Notes: generated from the sequence alone by a model not told the origin. Shown: positions 14,113 through 27,848, counted from the stretch's first letter. The stretch: 64,000 nt of DNA from Okamejei kenojei (GCA_035221665.1 CM069143.1:41354001-41418000), one strand, 5' to 3'. Numbers and translations: made by a program.

Positions 14113-14191
14113 GGAATTACTCTGAAACTGAATGACCAGGGACGCTGTGTCATTGGAAGGATACTACATGGAGGGATGATTCATAGACAAG
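14113..14191 (+). CDS. MPP1: MPP1 exon, PDZ ([27 protein letters not shown])
   Basis: 79 nt, AG/GT boundaries, PDZ motif. Confidence 0.95.
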
Positions 14192-15620
14192 GTGTGAAAT
14201 CCTTAAAGATTCTGCCATTCTCTCATTCTGGTTATATTCATGCCATGCACATATGTGCGTGTGTGCGTGCACGTTTAAATTACTTGGATGTAAACATAGA
14301 CAGTTTAGTAAGTTTGCAGATGGCACCACGATTGCTGGAGTCGCGGACTGTGAGGAAGTCTGTCAAAGTTTGCAGTGGGATATAGATCAGCTACCGAAAT
14401 GTGTGGAGAAATGCAGATGGAGTTTAATCCAAGCAAGTGCAAGGTGTTGCACTTTGGGAGGTAAAATGTGATTATACAATTAATGGCTTGACCCTAAACA
14501 CCAAGTCCAGAGAATGCGGGGAAACCTGAGAGAAGTATATACGATTATGAGAGGCATAGATGGGGACAGTCAGAATCTTTTTCCCAGGATGGAAAACTAA
14601 AATACTGGAGGGCATAACTTTATGGTGAGAGGGGCAAAGTTTAGAGATGTGTGGGGCTTTTTTTTTTAACTGCAGGGCATGATAGTTGATGCAGATACAT
14701 TAGTAGCATTTAAGAGAATTTTGGATAGGCATATGGATACGCAGGGAATGGAGGGATATGGGTTATGTGGAGGCAGATAACTGATGACCTTGGCATCATG
14801 TTCAGCACAGGCATTGTGGGCTGAATGGGTTGTTCTTGTTATGTACTCTTTTATGTCCTATATCTTGAGACACGATTAAAACTTAAATCTTTCAATGTTT
14901 ATTTCCTTATGTCTGCCCCTTTTCTGCCTCTTGTGTGCTAAGTCTGTGAGCGTGCAGAAGATACACATGTGAACTACAACAGGAGCAGGCTATTGAACAA
15001 GATCATGGCTGTTCTGATGATAATATCAACTCCACATTCCCATTCACATCTCACCCACTTTGCTTATCAAATCTCATTACTTGTGACCTAAAATTATTGT
15101 AATCCTCCGCTTCAGCTGCCCTTTGAGGAAGAGAGATCCAAAGACACGCAATTCTCTGAGAGATAAAAGTTTCACTTCATATTTGTCTTAAATGGGTGAT
15201 CTTTATTGTTGTGTAGTAACCCCTGGTTCTAGATTGTCTCACAACAGAAATCTGCCTCTCTGCATCCAACCTGTCAAGACCCCTATGTGACTTGTATGTT
15301 TGAGTGTAGTCACCTCACACTTCTCAGCTTCAGCAGATCCATTTTCTGGGTGTTCTAGCTGCGTTGTGGATCATCATATGGGAGATATCTGATATCCACA
15401 TGCATGTGAGAAACAAAAGCCCTAGTTGTTTTTCCCTAAACCAAGGAAAGTAAAATACCAATTGTTACATCCTACAGCTAAATGCCTCTGAAGTTATGTT
15501 TTTAAGTAATATTATACCATGTTAAGGTCTTTGTGGTCTCTATAGTTCACTTTACTGACTGATCAAAGATTAATTCTACCAGTGAAACTATATCAATAAC
15601 CAACTCTCTGCAAGGTTTAT

Positions 15621-16088
15621 GGGATGTCAGGACTTTCATATGAAGAAAGATTGGATAGACTCGGCTTGTACTCGCTAGAATTTAGAAGATTGAGGGGGGA
15701 TCTTATAGAAACTTACAAAATTCTTAAGGGGTTGGACAGGCTAGTTGCAGGAAGATTGTTCCAGATGTTGGGGAAGTCCAGAACAAGGGGTCACAGTTTA
15801 AGGATAAGGGGGAAATCTTTTAGGACCGAGATGAGAAAAACATTTTTCACACAGAGAGTGGTGAATGTCTGGAATTCTCTGCCACAGAAGGTAGTTGAGG
15901 CCAGTTCATTGGCTATATTTAAGAGGGAGTTAGATGTGGCCCTTGGGGCTAAAGGGATCAGGAGGTATGGCGAGAAGGCAGGTAAGGGATACTAAGTTGG
16001 ATGATCAGCCATGATCATATTGAATGGCGGTGCAGGCTCGAAGGGCCGAATGGTCTACTCCTGCACCTATTTTCTATGTTTCTATGTT
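15621..16088 (+). mobile_element. CR1 LINE 3' end
   Basis: LSYEERLDRLGLYSLEFRRLRGDLIETYK...TRGHS; CTATGTTT tail. Confidence 0.92.
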
Positions 16089-17041
16089 ATACGAATAGGT
16101 TCAATACTAACTTCAATAGGGGAATGGACAATTGCTTGAACAGGAAAAATCTGCAAGGTTTTAGGATAGAGCAGGGAATTGTGATTAATTATATTGTTCT
16201 ATCAGGTACAATGGCCTGAGCAGTCTGTTTGCCGTTGATTAGGATGCTGTAATAAACAGAATTGCAATGAATGCAATAATGTGAAGGAGGAAAAATGAAT
16301 GTTACAAAGGTGCAGATCATAAATGCCAGATTACAGTAAGTCTTTTAATGAAAATATGCATATTCCAAAGGTTTGTTGGATGAATAATTAAAGGCTGTAA
16401 TAGGCATGTTAGTGGCAAGTAGCCAATTGTACATCATTGAGACAATTTTAAATTCAGCTCATCTGCTTCACTCAAATCTGGATACAATCGTCATTCATTG
16501 TGGAAAGAGAGATTGTTCACCACCAACAGATAGACTTGCTCTGTGTTTGCTATTTAATGTAGTCCTGCAGTTTTAAAAGTGACAGGAAACCTAAGCAAAC
16601 CTGTCTCAGTGAAAACAAGACACAAAGTGCTGGAGTAACTCAGTGGGTCAGGCAGCAACTCTGGGGGAAATGGATGGATGACGTTTCGGGTCGGGACCCT
16701 TCTTCAGACTGATTGTGGTGAAGGGGGATAGAACTGGAAGAGAGGAGTGACAGGGCAGAGCCTGACAAGTGATAGGTGGACATGTGTGGGGGTTTTGATA
16801 GGCAGATGATTGGACAAGGGCCAGAGATGGAAAGACAAAGATGTGTGATAAGGATGGAAGAAATACAAATTATGAAGCTAGAGAAAGGATTATAGGTGGT
16901 AGGGAAAGAGAAGAAATGGGTGCACGAAGGTGAGGCACAGGAAAGTGGGAGTTGGCGGGGGGGGGGGGGTTCTTTGTAGGCTAAGCAAATTCAATGTTCT
17001 TACCACTGGGTTGCAAGCTACCCAAGTGGAATATGAGGTGC

Positions 17042-17534
17042 TTTCTATAAGATCCCCCCTCAATCTTCTAAATTCTAGCGAGTACAAGCCGAGTCTATCC
17101 AGTCTTTCTTCATATGAAAGTCCTGACATCCCATAAACCTTGCAGAGAGTTGGTTATTGATATAGTTTCGCTGGTAGAATTAATCTTTGAGTGACTTTGC
17201 AAGTACATTCAGTCAGTAAAGTGAACTATAGAGACCACAAAGACCTTAACATGGTATAATATTACTTAAAAACATAACTTCAGAGGCGTTTAGCTGTAGG
17301 ATGTAACAATTGATATTTTACTTTCCTTGGTTTAGGGAAAAACAACTAGGGCTTTTGTTTCTCACATGCATGTGGATATCAGATATCTCCCATATGATGA
17401 TCCACAACGCAGCTAGAACACCCAGAAAATGGATCTGCTGAAGCTGAGAAGTGTGAGGTGACTACACTCAAACATACAAGTCACATAGGGGTCTTGACAG
17501 GTTGGATGCAGAGAGGCAGATTTCTGTTGTGAGA
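17042..17534 (-). repeat. Inverted duplicate of 15237-15711
   Basis: Near-identical reverse complement over about 475 bp. Confidence 0.95.
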
Positions 17535-17929
17535 GAATGGAAGAGGCCCAGGACAGAAAGTATGGGAATGGGAAGGGGAGTTAAAAGAGATCCAGCGGGC
17601 CTTGGCATACTGAGCTGGTGTTCAGCGAAATGGTCGCTGAGTCTACACTTGGTCTTGCCGATGTAAAGGACGCCCCAGTGAAGTGGGGTTTCAGTACTGC
17701 TCCCATCACACTAGTAGGAAGATGCAGATCTTGTTATATCAAAGGCCACATTAAATCCTGCATCTACTGAAGTGAGGGCTGGAGCCCTCTTCACACCTCT
17801 GTGAAAATTAGAATCTGTTTTGTCTCCTGCAGTGACAGGAGAGTTCAAGTGTCGATGGTTTACTCGACTATCAAATCTGTTTCCATTGCCTGGTGAAGTT
17901 GCAAACATGTTTTGCTTCTGGATTTACAG

Positions 17930-18015
17930 GCACACTCCATGTCGGTGATGAAATTCTAGAAATAAATGGCAAAAGTGCTGCAAATCAAACAGTGGAACAA
18001 CTGCAGTTGCTGCTG
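17930..18015 (+). CDS. MPP1: MPP1 exon, PDZ ([28 protein letters not shown])
   Basis: 86 nt, cag/gtatgt, phase-compatible with neighbours. Confidence 0.95.
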
Positions 18016-18873
18016 GTATGTACTGTGCTCTCCAAAGTCCAGTCTGGTTCATAAGAAATCATTAAACATCACCTCACATGAAAAACTGGAGAGTGAAAAT
18101 CTCCTTTTTATCATTTTAGCCTAACAGTTATGGCAGAATTGAATTTGAACAATCCTGACTAACCTTCTAGAAAGCCTGGATCCACTGTATATGTTTTTGT
18201 AGTAGACGTCATAACAAAGCAATCAGCAACAGAGTGCTGGTTACTTTTTTTCTCTGTGACGCGAAATAATACCATCCTACAGAACTCGGGAGTATCTTTA
18301 CCAGAAGAACTGCAACAGGTGGGAAAGGATGACGACACCCCAGAGTAATTACGGATGGATAACAAATGCCAGTGAAGCCCATGCCCCCCCCAAAAATTAA
18401 AAAGAATTAATACTAATTACTGACAATGCAAAAGTTATAGTTGTGACTTGTCGAATCTCCCCAGGCTAAATAGGTCTGCAGATATGGGATTTACAAATAG
18501 ACCAATGCATGGAAAATGCATGGGTTTGATCCTGACAATGGGTGGGGGTGTTGCTGTCTGTAGGGAGTTTGCATGTTCTCCCTGTGACCATGTGGGTTTT
18601 TCCTTGGGGTGTTTCAATTTCCTCCTATATTCAAAAAAACATGCAGGTTAATACGTTAATTGACTTTTGTAAATTGTCCCTTGTGTGTAGGATGTGTGAT
18701 CATTGGTCGATGCGGACATGGTGCGCCTATTTTCACGCTGTATCTCTAAATGAATAAATTGGTAATACAGATGAGAAACAACAGGCAAGCATCTGATTAC
18801 GAGGAAGGTCGTTTTCTCTACTCGGTTTAAGAGAGTTATTCATTTCTGTAAATTTCTTCTGTTTGCATTACAG

Positions 18874-18942
18874 AAGGAAATGATGGGAACTGTCACTTTA
18901 CAGGTTCAGTCCAACTACCATTGCAACCCTCTGTCCTTTGAG
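18874..18942 (+). CDS. MPP1: MPP1 exon, end of PDZ (KEMMGTVTLQVQSNYHCNPLSFE)
   Basis: 69 nt, cag/gtgagt, phase 0/0. Confidence 0.92.
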
Positions 18943-19834
18943 GTGAGTGAGATCATCACATGTGGATCTAAAACCCTAACCTCTAATTCCAGATTTAATC
19001 CTTTCAAATTTGAACTAACTGTGTTTTATTATTAGTACCGTTACTATATAAGTCACATAGATGGAGACCAGGAGGGTTTGAGTTTGACTACTCTTTTGGT
19101 TATGTTAAGTGGTCTGAAAGGAATGGAAAATGAATTCTAGAATTTGGTTTGTGTCATCATCCTGTGCTGAAATTCCCATTGCTTTATTAGTCAGCCTAAC
19201 TGTCAAAGAAGACACTAATAATTCACATGAGTGTAAGCCATTCAGTAAATCAATGCCTTCAAAAATATCCAACTCTTCTCATTAAGCCCCTGCTTCTTTT
19301 CCCAGCCATAAGGATATACTTCTGAAAGAAACTAGTGTTCTTGCTTATCCAATTATTACTATGCATCAAGAAAATGGAGAGTTGCCTTCGTCAGTCTAAA
19401 TCTTTCCTCAGGCTTTATGAAAGCTGGCATAAGTTTCTATGGTGCACGACTCCCTTCAATGTGTCATCTTCATGTCAGCTAGCTAACGATTGCCAGCAAA
19501 TTGTTTTTCAATGTGGGGCACTGTAACTGAGCCTAATATTTGGTCTGCTCATGCATGCTTTCAAGCCACGTCATCAGGTAAGTGATTCAAAACAATCATG
19601 CTCGCTAATTTATTTCTTGTGAGCAAAGAAAACTGCGTTACTCTCTTTCATTGAGCTCAAGCCACCTAATACTGTACAAACCAGGAAAACGGTTGACATC
19701 TTCCTGATCTATAAAGTTTTGCTTCAACATCATTTAACACAACTGACCCCACATAACTATCTAAGAAATGGCAACATGTATGCAAGTGAATTTATTGCTG
19801 TATTGAGTGCTTCTCATTGGCTTTTGTTTCACAG

Positions 19835-19867
19835 GAAATGTATTCAAATCAGCCACCACTAAGAAAG
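19835..19867 (+). CDS. MPP1: Putative 33-nt cassette micro-exon (EMYSNQPPLRK) between PDZ and SH3
   Basis: cttttgtttcacag acceptor, AAG|gtgaat donor, frame-preserving; resembles CASK alternative exon DLPSTTQPKGRQ. Confidence 0.6.
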
Positions 19868-20016
19868 GTGAATATTGTTTCAAATCCTCTTCTTCCACTC
19901 ACTCCATTTCACTGTTTGTCTCCAAACCACATTGACGATACTCCATACAACATGCTGCTCTTACAATTGCTCCTGGGGTCTATTTAAACATTAACAGAGT
20001 CTTGTTAATATTATTT

Positions 20017-23000
20017 ATTATTATTTTTTTTTTGTTAAATATTTTTATTGGACGTAAGTACATATTAAAAGAGTAAACTTGTCACATACATTGTAATATT
20101 AACAATTATGTCTTATTTGTATTTCTATATATTTTTTATTGCAGATAGGAAAAAATAGAGAAAAATAAAGTAAAAATAGAAAATCAAAAAAAAAAAATGA
20201 GTGGAGTATTAAACAGGTTATCCATCATTGGAGATATATGATTTGTTATATATCCATGATTTGTTATATATGATTCTTCACCCATTCCTTTATTCAGGCT
20301 TCAGTCAGGTTCTCGCACCAAGCCATTTTGACCCTTTAAATATTCAATAAATGGAGACCATATCCCTCGGAAAAGATCCAACTTGTCCAGTAGGACAAGC
20401 CTTAATCTTTCCAGATGAAGTGTCTCCGACATTCCTGTAATCCACATTTTGGTTGTGGGGGATGTAGGACCTTTCCAGAATTTCAATATTAATTTTTTCC
20501 CAATTATTAAACTGTAATCAATGAAAATTCTTTGATTCATTGTTATTAGTTGATCTGTTTCTAATATTCCCAATATTATTAATTTTGAGTCAGGGATCAG
20601 ATTCATATTAACAACATTCGAAATTATCTTAAATATTTCTGTCCAACATTTAGTAATTTTTATACAATTTGTAAATGAATGCGTTAAGTTAGCTTCTAAG
20701 TGCTGACATTTATCACATATGGCAGATACATTTGAAGAAATACTATGTAATTTGGATTTTGAATAATGTAATCTAGGTAATATTTTAAATTGCATAAGAG
20801 AGTGTCTAGCATTTAATGAACAATGGTGTATATGTTGTAAACTTTCATCCCATACTTCTAGTCTGATTAATTGACCTAATTCATTTTCCCATGATTGTCT
20901 ATATATTTCTGTCATTGGGACATCATTTTCCAATAAAATATATATGATATCAATTTTTCTGTGTTTGGATGTTTATTTAGACATTCATCTAAAATTTCTG
21001 TCTTTCTATTTCTGATTTATTGTGTGTTTGCTATTACATAGTCTCTAATTTGTAAATATTTAAAGTAATCTTTTGAATGTAATCCATAAATTTGTTGTAA
21101 TTCTTGAAATGACATGGAGTTTTCCCTATAGAGATCGCCCATCTTATTAATTCCATAGTTTTTCCATTGTAAAAAACCTTTGTCCATGATTGAAGGTTTA
21201 AATGTAACATTATTTACAATGGTTAGGGCTAGTGGTATACATTTCAATTTTAATGTTTTCTTTATTTGTTTCCAGATACGTATCCCACTTTCTATTATAG
21301 GATTTTCACTATAGATTTTCTTACCTAGTTTAATATTAACGAATAAAATCGAGCTAATTTCAAAAGGCGAACAATCTTCTTTTTCCATTTTTAACCAGAT
21401 TGGTTGTTTATCTGTCTCTACTAACCAAAAATTCATATTTTTAATATTAACTGCCCAGTAATAAAACATAAAGTTTGGCAGTGCTAGACCTCCATTTATT
21501 TTTGATTTACATAAATGTTTTTTTATTTATTCTTTGGCTCTTATAATCCCAGATAAAGTTGGTGACTATAGAATCAACCTTCTTAAAGAAATTTTTAGGA
21601 AGATATATCAGAATCAATTGAAAGAGATATAGTAATTGCAGGAGAAAAATCATTTTTATTGCATTAATTCTACCTAGCATTGAAATAGGTAATGTTTTCC
21701 AACATAAAATATTCTTATTTAATTTATTCAATAAAAGTGGAAAATTGGATTTAAATAAAGAATCAAATCTTTTTGTTACATAAATTCCAAGATATTTGAT
21801 TTTTTCGTTTGCTATCTTAAAAGGAAATTGTTGTAGTATATGTAAGTTATTTACCATTATTGACATAAGTTCACTTTTATTCCAATTAATACAAAATAAT
21901 CCAAATTCAGTTATTAATTTTAGTAAATTTGGAATACTAATTTCCGGCTTTGTAATATAAAGTAATATATCATCCGCATATAAGGAGATTTTATTTTCAG
22001 TATCTCTGGTGTCATACCCATATATTTCAGGATGTAATCTCACACGTTGAGCTAATGGTTCTATTGCAAGTGCAAACAATAGCGGGGATAAAGGACAACC
22101 TTGTCTGCAGCCTCGGAATAAATTAAATTTAGTTGATAGCATTTGATTTGTTAGTATTTTGGCTGTTGGATTAGTGTATAATAATTTAACCCAAGTAATA
22201 AACTTCTCTCCCAACTTAAAATAATCCATAACCAAAAACAAGTAAGACCATTCCACCTGGTCAAAGGCTTTCTCCGCATCTAACGATATAATTACTAGGT
22301 CTTTATTAATACCTCTTTTCGAATATATAATATTGAATAATCGTCAGATTATATGAGGAATATCGTTTTGGTATAAATCCTGTTTGATCCGGGTGAATTA
22401 ATTTATTAATAACTGTGCTTAGTCTTTGTGCTAATATTTTGGTTAGTATCTTTTGATCAGTATTTAAAAGAGCTATAGCTCTATATGATCCTGGGTCATC
22501 CTGATCTTTGTCTATTTTAGGTATAAGTGTTATAATAGATTCATTTAACATTTCTGGTAGTTTCTGCTGGGTATAAATGAATTCATAGAGTATCTTCAAA
22601 CGTGGTGCAATCAGATCATAAAATGTTTTATAAAATTCCGAACCAATACCATCTGGTCCCGGTGTTTTACCATTTTTTAATGATCTGATAGATTCTTCGA
22701 TTTCTTTTACTGATATTTCAGCATTTAGTGATTCTCTATTTTGTGAATCCAACCTATTCAGAGTATTTTTTTTTTAAATGCTTCTATTCCTATCTTGTTT
22801 TCTGTCGTTTTAGCTGAATATAAATTTTTATAATATTGCAAAAATCTCTCATTAATATCTTTGGGTTGTACTAATGATTAGCCATAGTATGATTTAATCC
22901 TATGGATCATTTTTTCTCCCTCCATTTTCCGTATTTGACGAGCAAATAATTTTTGAGGTTTATCTCCAAATTCAAATCGTAATTGTTTAGTGTATTGATA

Positions 23001-26000
23001 GAGTTTTACAACTTGATCTTAGTATATTTTATTTAATTTATATTTCAGTGCAGCATTTTGTTTTGCTTTGTTATGGATGGATTAGCAGCATTCTCTGTGT
23101 CTAATTGTTTAATCTCCTTTTCCAATTCCTGTTGTTCCCTCCGATTCTCTTTATTATAAAATGCTTGAGAAGAAATCATAATTCCACGGGCATATGCTTT
23201 AAAAGTTTCCCATAATAGGGAAGAAGATATTTCCGGTTTATCATTTATTTCAAAGAAAATCTTGATCTGTTCTATAATATATTCCTGAGTTATTTTGTCT
23301 TTTAAAATTTGTGGGTTAAATCTCCATTGTCCGTTTTTTTCCGTTTTACCATTTATTTTAATCATAAATGTTAAAGGTGCGTGATCTGAGATTGTAATAT
23401 TATGATATTTTGAATTATAAGTAAGTGAGATAAGTTTAGCGTCAACCAAAAAATAATCACTTCTTGAATAGGTTTTATGTACAGGTGAATAAAATGAATA
23501 TTCTCGTCCAGTTGGAAATTTCTACTCTCCAAACATCTTTAATATTACTAGTATCCGTATATGCATTTAATAAGTCACTGGAATGGGATTTGGTTTTCCT
23601 TTGTCTTGTGGATCTATCTAAATAAGAATCTAATGTACAATTTAAAACTCCTCCAATTATTAAGTTATGTTGTGCTATTTCTGGGATGTTATTAAATATT
23701 TTCTTAAAGAACAGTGGACTATCAAAGTTTGGTCCATATACATTGACAAAAATCATTTTTTGTGCATTTAATTCTCCTATTACAATAATGTATCTACTGT
23801 CACTGTCAGTTATAGTTGATGTATGTTTAAATAAAGTGCCTTTACGAAATAATATTGCTACGCCTCTGGATTTGTGTGTAAAAGAAGAATGTTACGTTTT
23901 ATCTATCCATTTAGATTTCAGCCTATGCTCGAAATCTTTTTTTAAATGTGTTTCTTGAATAAAAATCACATCAGCTTTAATTGCTTTTAAATGTGCTAGT
24001 ACTTTACCTCTCTTAATTGGTTCATTAATACCTTTAACGTTCCAGCTACAAAACGTTATTCCTTCATTCCCCTTATTCATTTTTAAATCTTGCATCTTTT
24101 GTCTCTGGGGGGTCTATAATAGAGCCAATGGTTCAGTTCGACAGAGCCGACCTTACACCAGAACTCCGAATAGACGAATTTTAAGACCCTTGAATGTCTC
24201 TCACGTGTATATCTCCTTTGATCCAACTTGTAACTCCATTCAAACTGAAAATAATAATGATAGATTATAATAGAGAAGAAAAGAGGATAGGTTAAGAAAT
24301 TAGTATTGTGCACAAAGAAGGAAAAAACTACATCTAGTATTAGTGTAGTTAGTGCTAGCCATACTAGCATGGCTAACCATCTACCGACTTCCGTAGTTGA
24401 TGTTACCAACTTAACCAGCTCCTTGGTTTCTTGGAATTTTTATTCCATAGCAGTATTTTACCAGGGATATTAGATTTTAAAATATTCGGGTTCCAATAGT
24501 CGGAAATGTGAGGATACATATATTTAAAACTTGTTTGAAATATAATAAAAAAACGAAAAGAAAGGAAAAAATAAAATAAAAATAAAAATAAAAATTACTA
24601 ATAAAAAAGAAAAAAGGTTTCCAAGGAGGGCAAATTAAATCAAACTCTATATTTGACTCTAATCATTCCATTATAAGTAGGTATTAGTCATTAGTGATAA
24701 TTATTAACTCTGATTAGTAAAGATACCACACTATAATTTTAGTATTTATTAGTTTTATTAGTTATTTATATTAGTAGTGCAGTTATACTAATTATTAGTA
24801 TCCATGGGAGAGTTTCTGATCCACATCTTTCTCCAGCTTCCTTAGTCACGACTTTAATTCCATCCAGTCATGCAAAGTCAGTTTATTCAATGATGAAGTT
24901 CAGTTTTAAAAGTATTATTCAAGCATCCTCTCGAACCTTAATCTTCTGGGCAAAGTCCAATGCTTCCACAGGGTTGGTGAAAAAGTGTTCCTTCTGATTG
25001 TAAGTGACTCTTAGGGTAGCTGGATACCTCAGACCATATTTCAAATTCTTCACTTCCCTCAAGATTCTTTTGATCTCATTAAACGTTTTTCGTTTCCTGG
25101 AGACCTCTGCTGGATAGTCTCGATAAATACTGATCCTGTATCCTTCAAATGCAAGATTTCTGTTTCTTGCAATTTTTTGCATTATCTCCTCCAGGACATG
25201 GTCGTACTGGAATTTTATTATCATTTGTCTTGGGGGAGCGCTTTGTCTTGTCTGGCGTCTCATCACTCTGTGTGCTCGGGCAAGTAAAGGCTTTTGATCC
25301 TGAGATAAAACTTTTTGCAGTGAATTCTCGGGCATCTTCATCCGTCTCTTTCCCTTCTGGAATACCCGCAATTCTTAGGTTCTGTCTTCTCTGGCGACCT
25401 TCCAATTCAGTACATTTCTCGGTTATTTTGCCCAGTAATTCAGTTAGACGTTGGTTTTCTGTGATAAGCTTTGCTGTAGTCTGAGCACTTGTTTCGGCTA
25501 GTTCTTCAAGGCCCTTTATGGCTGCCGTCTGTTGAGTCAGTGCCAGGTCCACAGGATTCAGCCTTTCTTCAAGATCAGTTTTCACTTTTCTGATTTTAAC
25601 ATTCGTCTCATTTGTCAAACTTGCAGTTTGTTCAGTCAATATTTCTGCAATTTATTTCTTCAGTTCATCCGATGTATTCTTAGCCGTGGTATTCATTTCA
25701 AGCTTTAACTCCTTCATTTCCTCCTTGATTTTTTTTATTTCTTCCCCAAAATTCATCTTCTTCAATTCTTCATTCATTTTTGCCAGTTCATTCTTTAGTT
25801 CCACCTTTATTTCCTCCTTTAAACCAGCAATTTCACTTGCAATAAAAGTTTTAAGTTCTTCACCTTCCGATTTTTTTCATCGGTTTTTTCGACACATCTT
25901 CTTGGGATAGCGTCCTGCCTGAGCCCGAGGCTTCAGTCGGGCCTTCCACCGTTTTCTGCCTGGTAACCCGACTTTTTGGTTTATCCGCGGGTGGGCTGCG

Positions 26001-26156
26001 CTGTGTGGACATAGTAAGTCGAGCGCCTGATGACGTCACTCACAGCAATCGGTACAGAGGCAGCAAGTAGGTCGCTTTCTCCCCGATTTTTCACCATTTT
26101 TTTCACGGAAATGGCTGGCGTTGCTCTCTAGCCCTCCATAGCGCCACCGGAAGTCC
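20017..26156 (-). mobile_element. Full-length L1-clade LINE (about 6.1 kb), decayed ORF1 and ORF2
   Basis: 5' GGACTTCCGG; ORF1 from ATG 26012 to 24919 (frameshifted); ORF2 with APE endonuclease (SWNVKG, QETH, SDH), RT (YADD) and CCHC; AATAAA plus A-rich tail; TSD aat(a/g)ttattt at 20007-20016 and 26157-26166. Confidence 0.95.
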
Positions 26157-26936
26157 AATGTTATTTTTCAATGCTTTAGAATAATTGTTTTACCAGTTAG
26201 CAATTATGCTTGCAGCATTTTGTGAATAATGGCTCAGACAGATCTTGCTACAATTTTGATTCCCAGTCAAAAGCAGAAATGCAACGTATGATGTCAGAAG
26301 AGATAAAAAGAAGGTTACATGGAGACACTCCCACAGCCTCTGCCTATAAATCACAGTGATTGCATGAACATGGAGTATTAATGCATTGATTCCACATTTC
26401 ATAAAATGGATAGTAATTGAGAGTTTAGCGATCTAATGGCCTATGATTGCAAATGAAGAACTGGTTTTGAAAAAAATAACTTCCAAATATGTTACCTCAG
26501 AGGAAGCTACGTGGAAATGTAATGTTTTTTCTTTTTATATCTCTACCTAAAACCCATCTATTTTTCTCCATCTTCATTTCATTTCTTGCACAAGATTTCA
26601 GTGTGAATTATGTTCAACCCATTGAGTTCCTCCAGCCTATTATTTGTTGCTCAGGAGTCCAGCATCCACAGTCTCGTGTGTCTCCATTGGTTTGTCTAAT
26701 CACTAAAATGAACAGAATTAAAAGTGGTTCAAACTAGCTTACACAAGTGGTTCAAACTAACTCAATTTGCAACTCTATGGGAGGTGAATGATAGACATTG
26801 GTTCCTTACCGCTAATGGTAAAATTTGGGCTTGAGTGAATGGCATTCAGTAGAAGGTTATTGTACCTGAAGTGAGTTTTGCCTTTCTTGGTCTCCACTTG
26901 GTCTCCACAATAGAAATTCAATAAGAAATATTAATA

Positions 26937-27018
26937 TCATTAATGTTATAATGATGTTAGCCCTCCAATTTTACGTACTGAGAAAATTGGAGGGCCAACA
27001 TCATTATAATATTAATGA
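26937..27018. repeat. Hairpin/palindrome with 36-bp arms
   Basis: TCATTAATGTTATAATGATGTTAGCCCTCCAATTTT-10 nt-AAAATTGGAGGGCCAACATCATTATAATATTAATGA. Confidence 0.85.
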
Positions 27019-27654
27019 CGCTTGTGATAAAGTACATTCCTTGGATATTTTGTTAGTAACTGGTACTTAACCCCAATGGCTTTTCTTCATGTGTTAGCCA
27101 AGATTCATCACTTAACAAATGGGATTATTATGTCATGTGATAGGAGCAGAATTAGTCCATTCCGCCGATCAAGTCTACTCCACCATTCAATCATGGCTGA
27201 TCAATCTCTCCCTCCTAACCCCATTCTTCTGTCTTCTCCCCATAACCCGTGACACCTGTGCTAATCAAAAATCTATCTATCTTTGCTTTAAAAATATCAA
27301 TTGACTTTGCCTCCACAGCCTTATGGTGGAGCTCCCTATAATACACTCATCTAACATGAAGCACGTTCTAATAGAACTCACCAGTTTATAATCCAAGGAA
27401 TGCTGAGGTTCTTTGTACTACCTCTCCTGTTGGGGTCAACTAAATCAGCACAGACTGAACCCACTCTTTACTGATCTGTGGGGTTGAGCAACACAGATAA
27501 ATACTTCAAGTCATGGAGCTATTTGGATAATACTGAGGATCTTGATTTACATCATTGTAAAAAAATAGAGAATATGACCAGCATCAGCACTGTTTTAAGG
27601 TACATGAAAGATTCATTGAGAATACAGAATAATTATTTTATCTTTTTTTTTCAG

Positions 27655-27848
27655 ATGTACATGCGAGCTCAGTTTGATTATGACCCAAAGAAGGATGATC
27701 TGATCCCCTGCAAGGAAGCTGGATTAAGTTTTGAGACTGGTGACATTATCAAGATAATCAGTAAGGATGATCCCAACTGGTGGCAAGGCACACTGGAAAA
27801 TACAGGCAAAACCACTGGACTGATTCCCTCTCCTGAGCTGCAGGAATG
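27655..27848 (+). CDS. MPP1: MPP1 exon, SH3 ([24 protein letters not shown]...PSPELQEW)
   Basis: SH3 motif, AG/GT boundaries, 194 nt. Confidence 0.96.
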
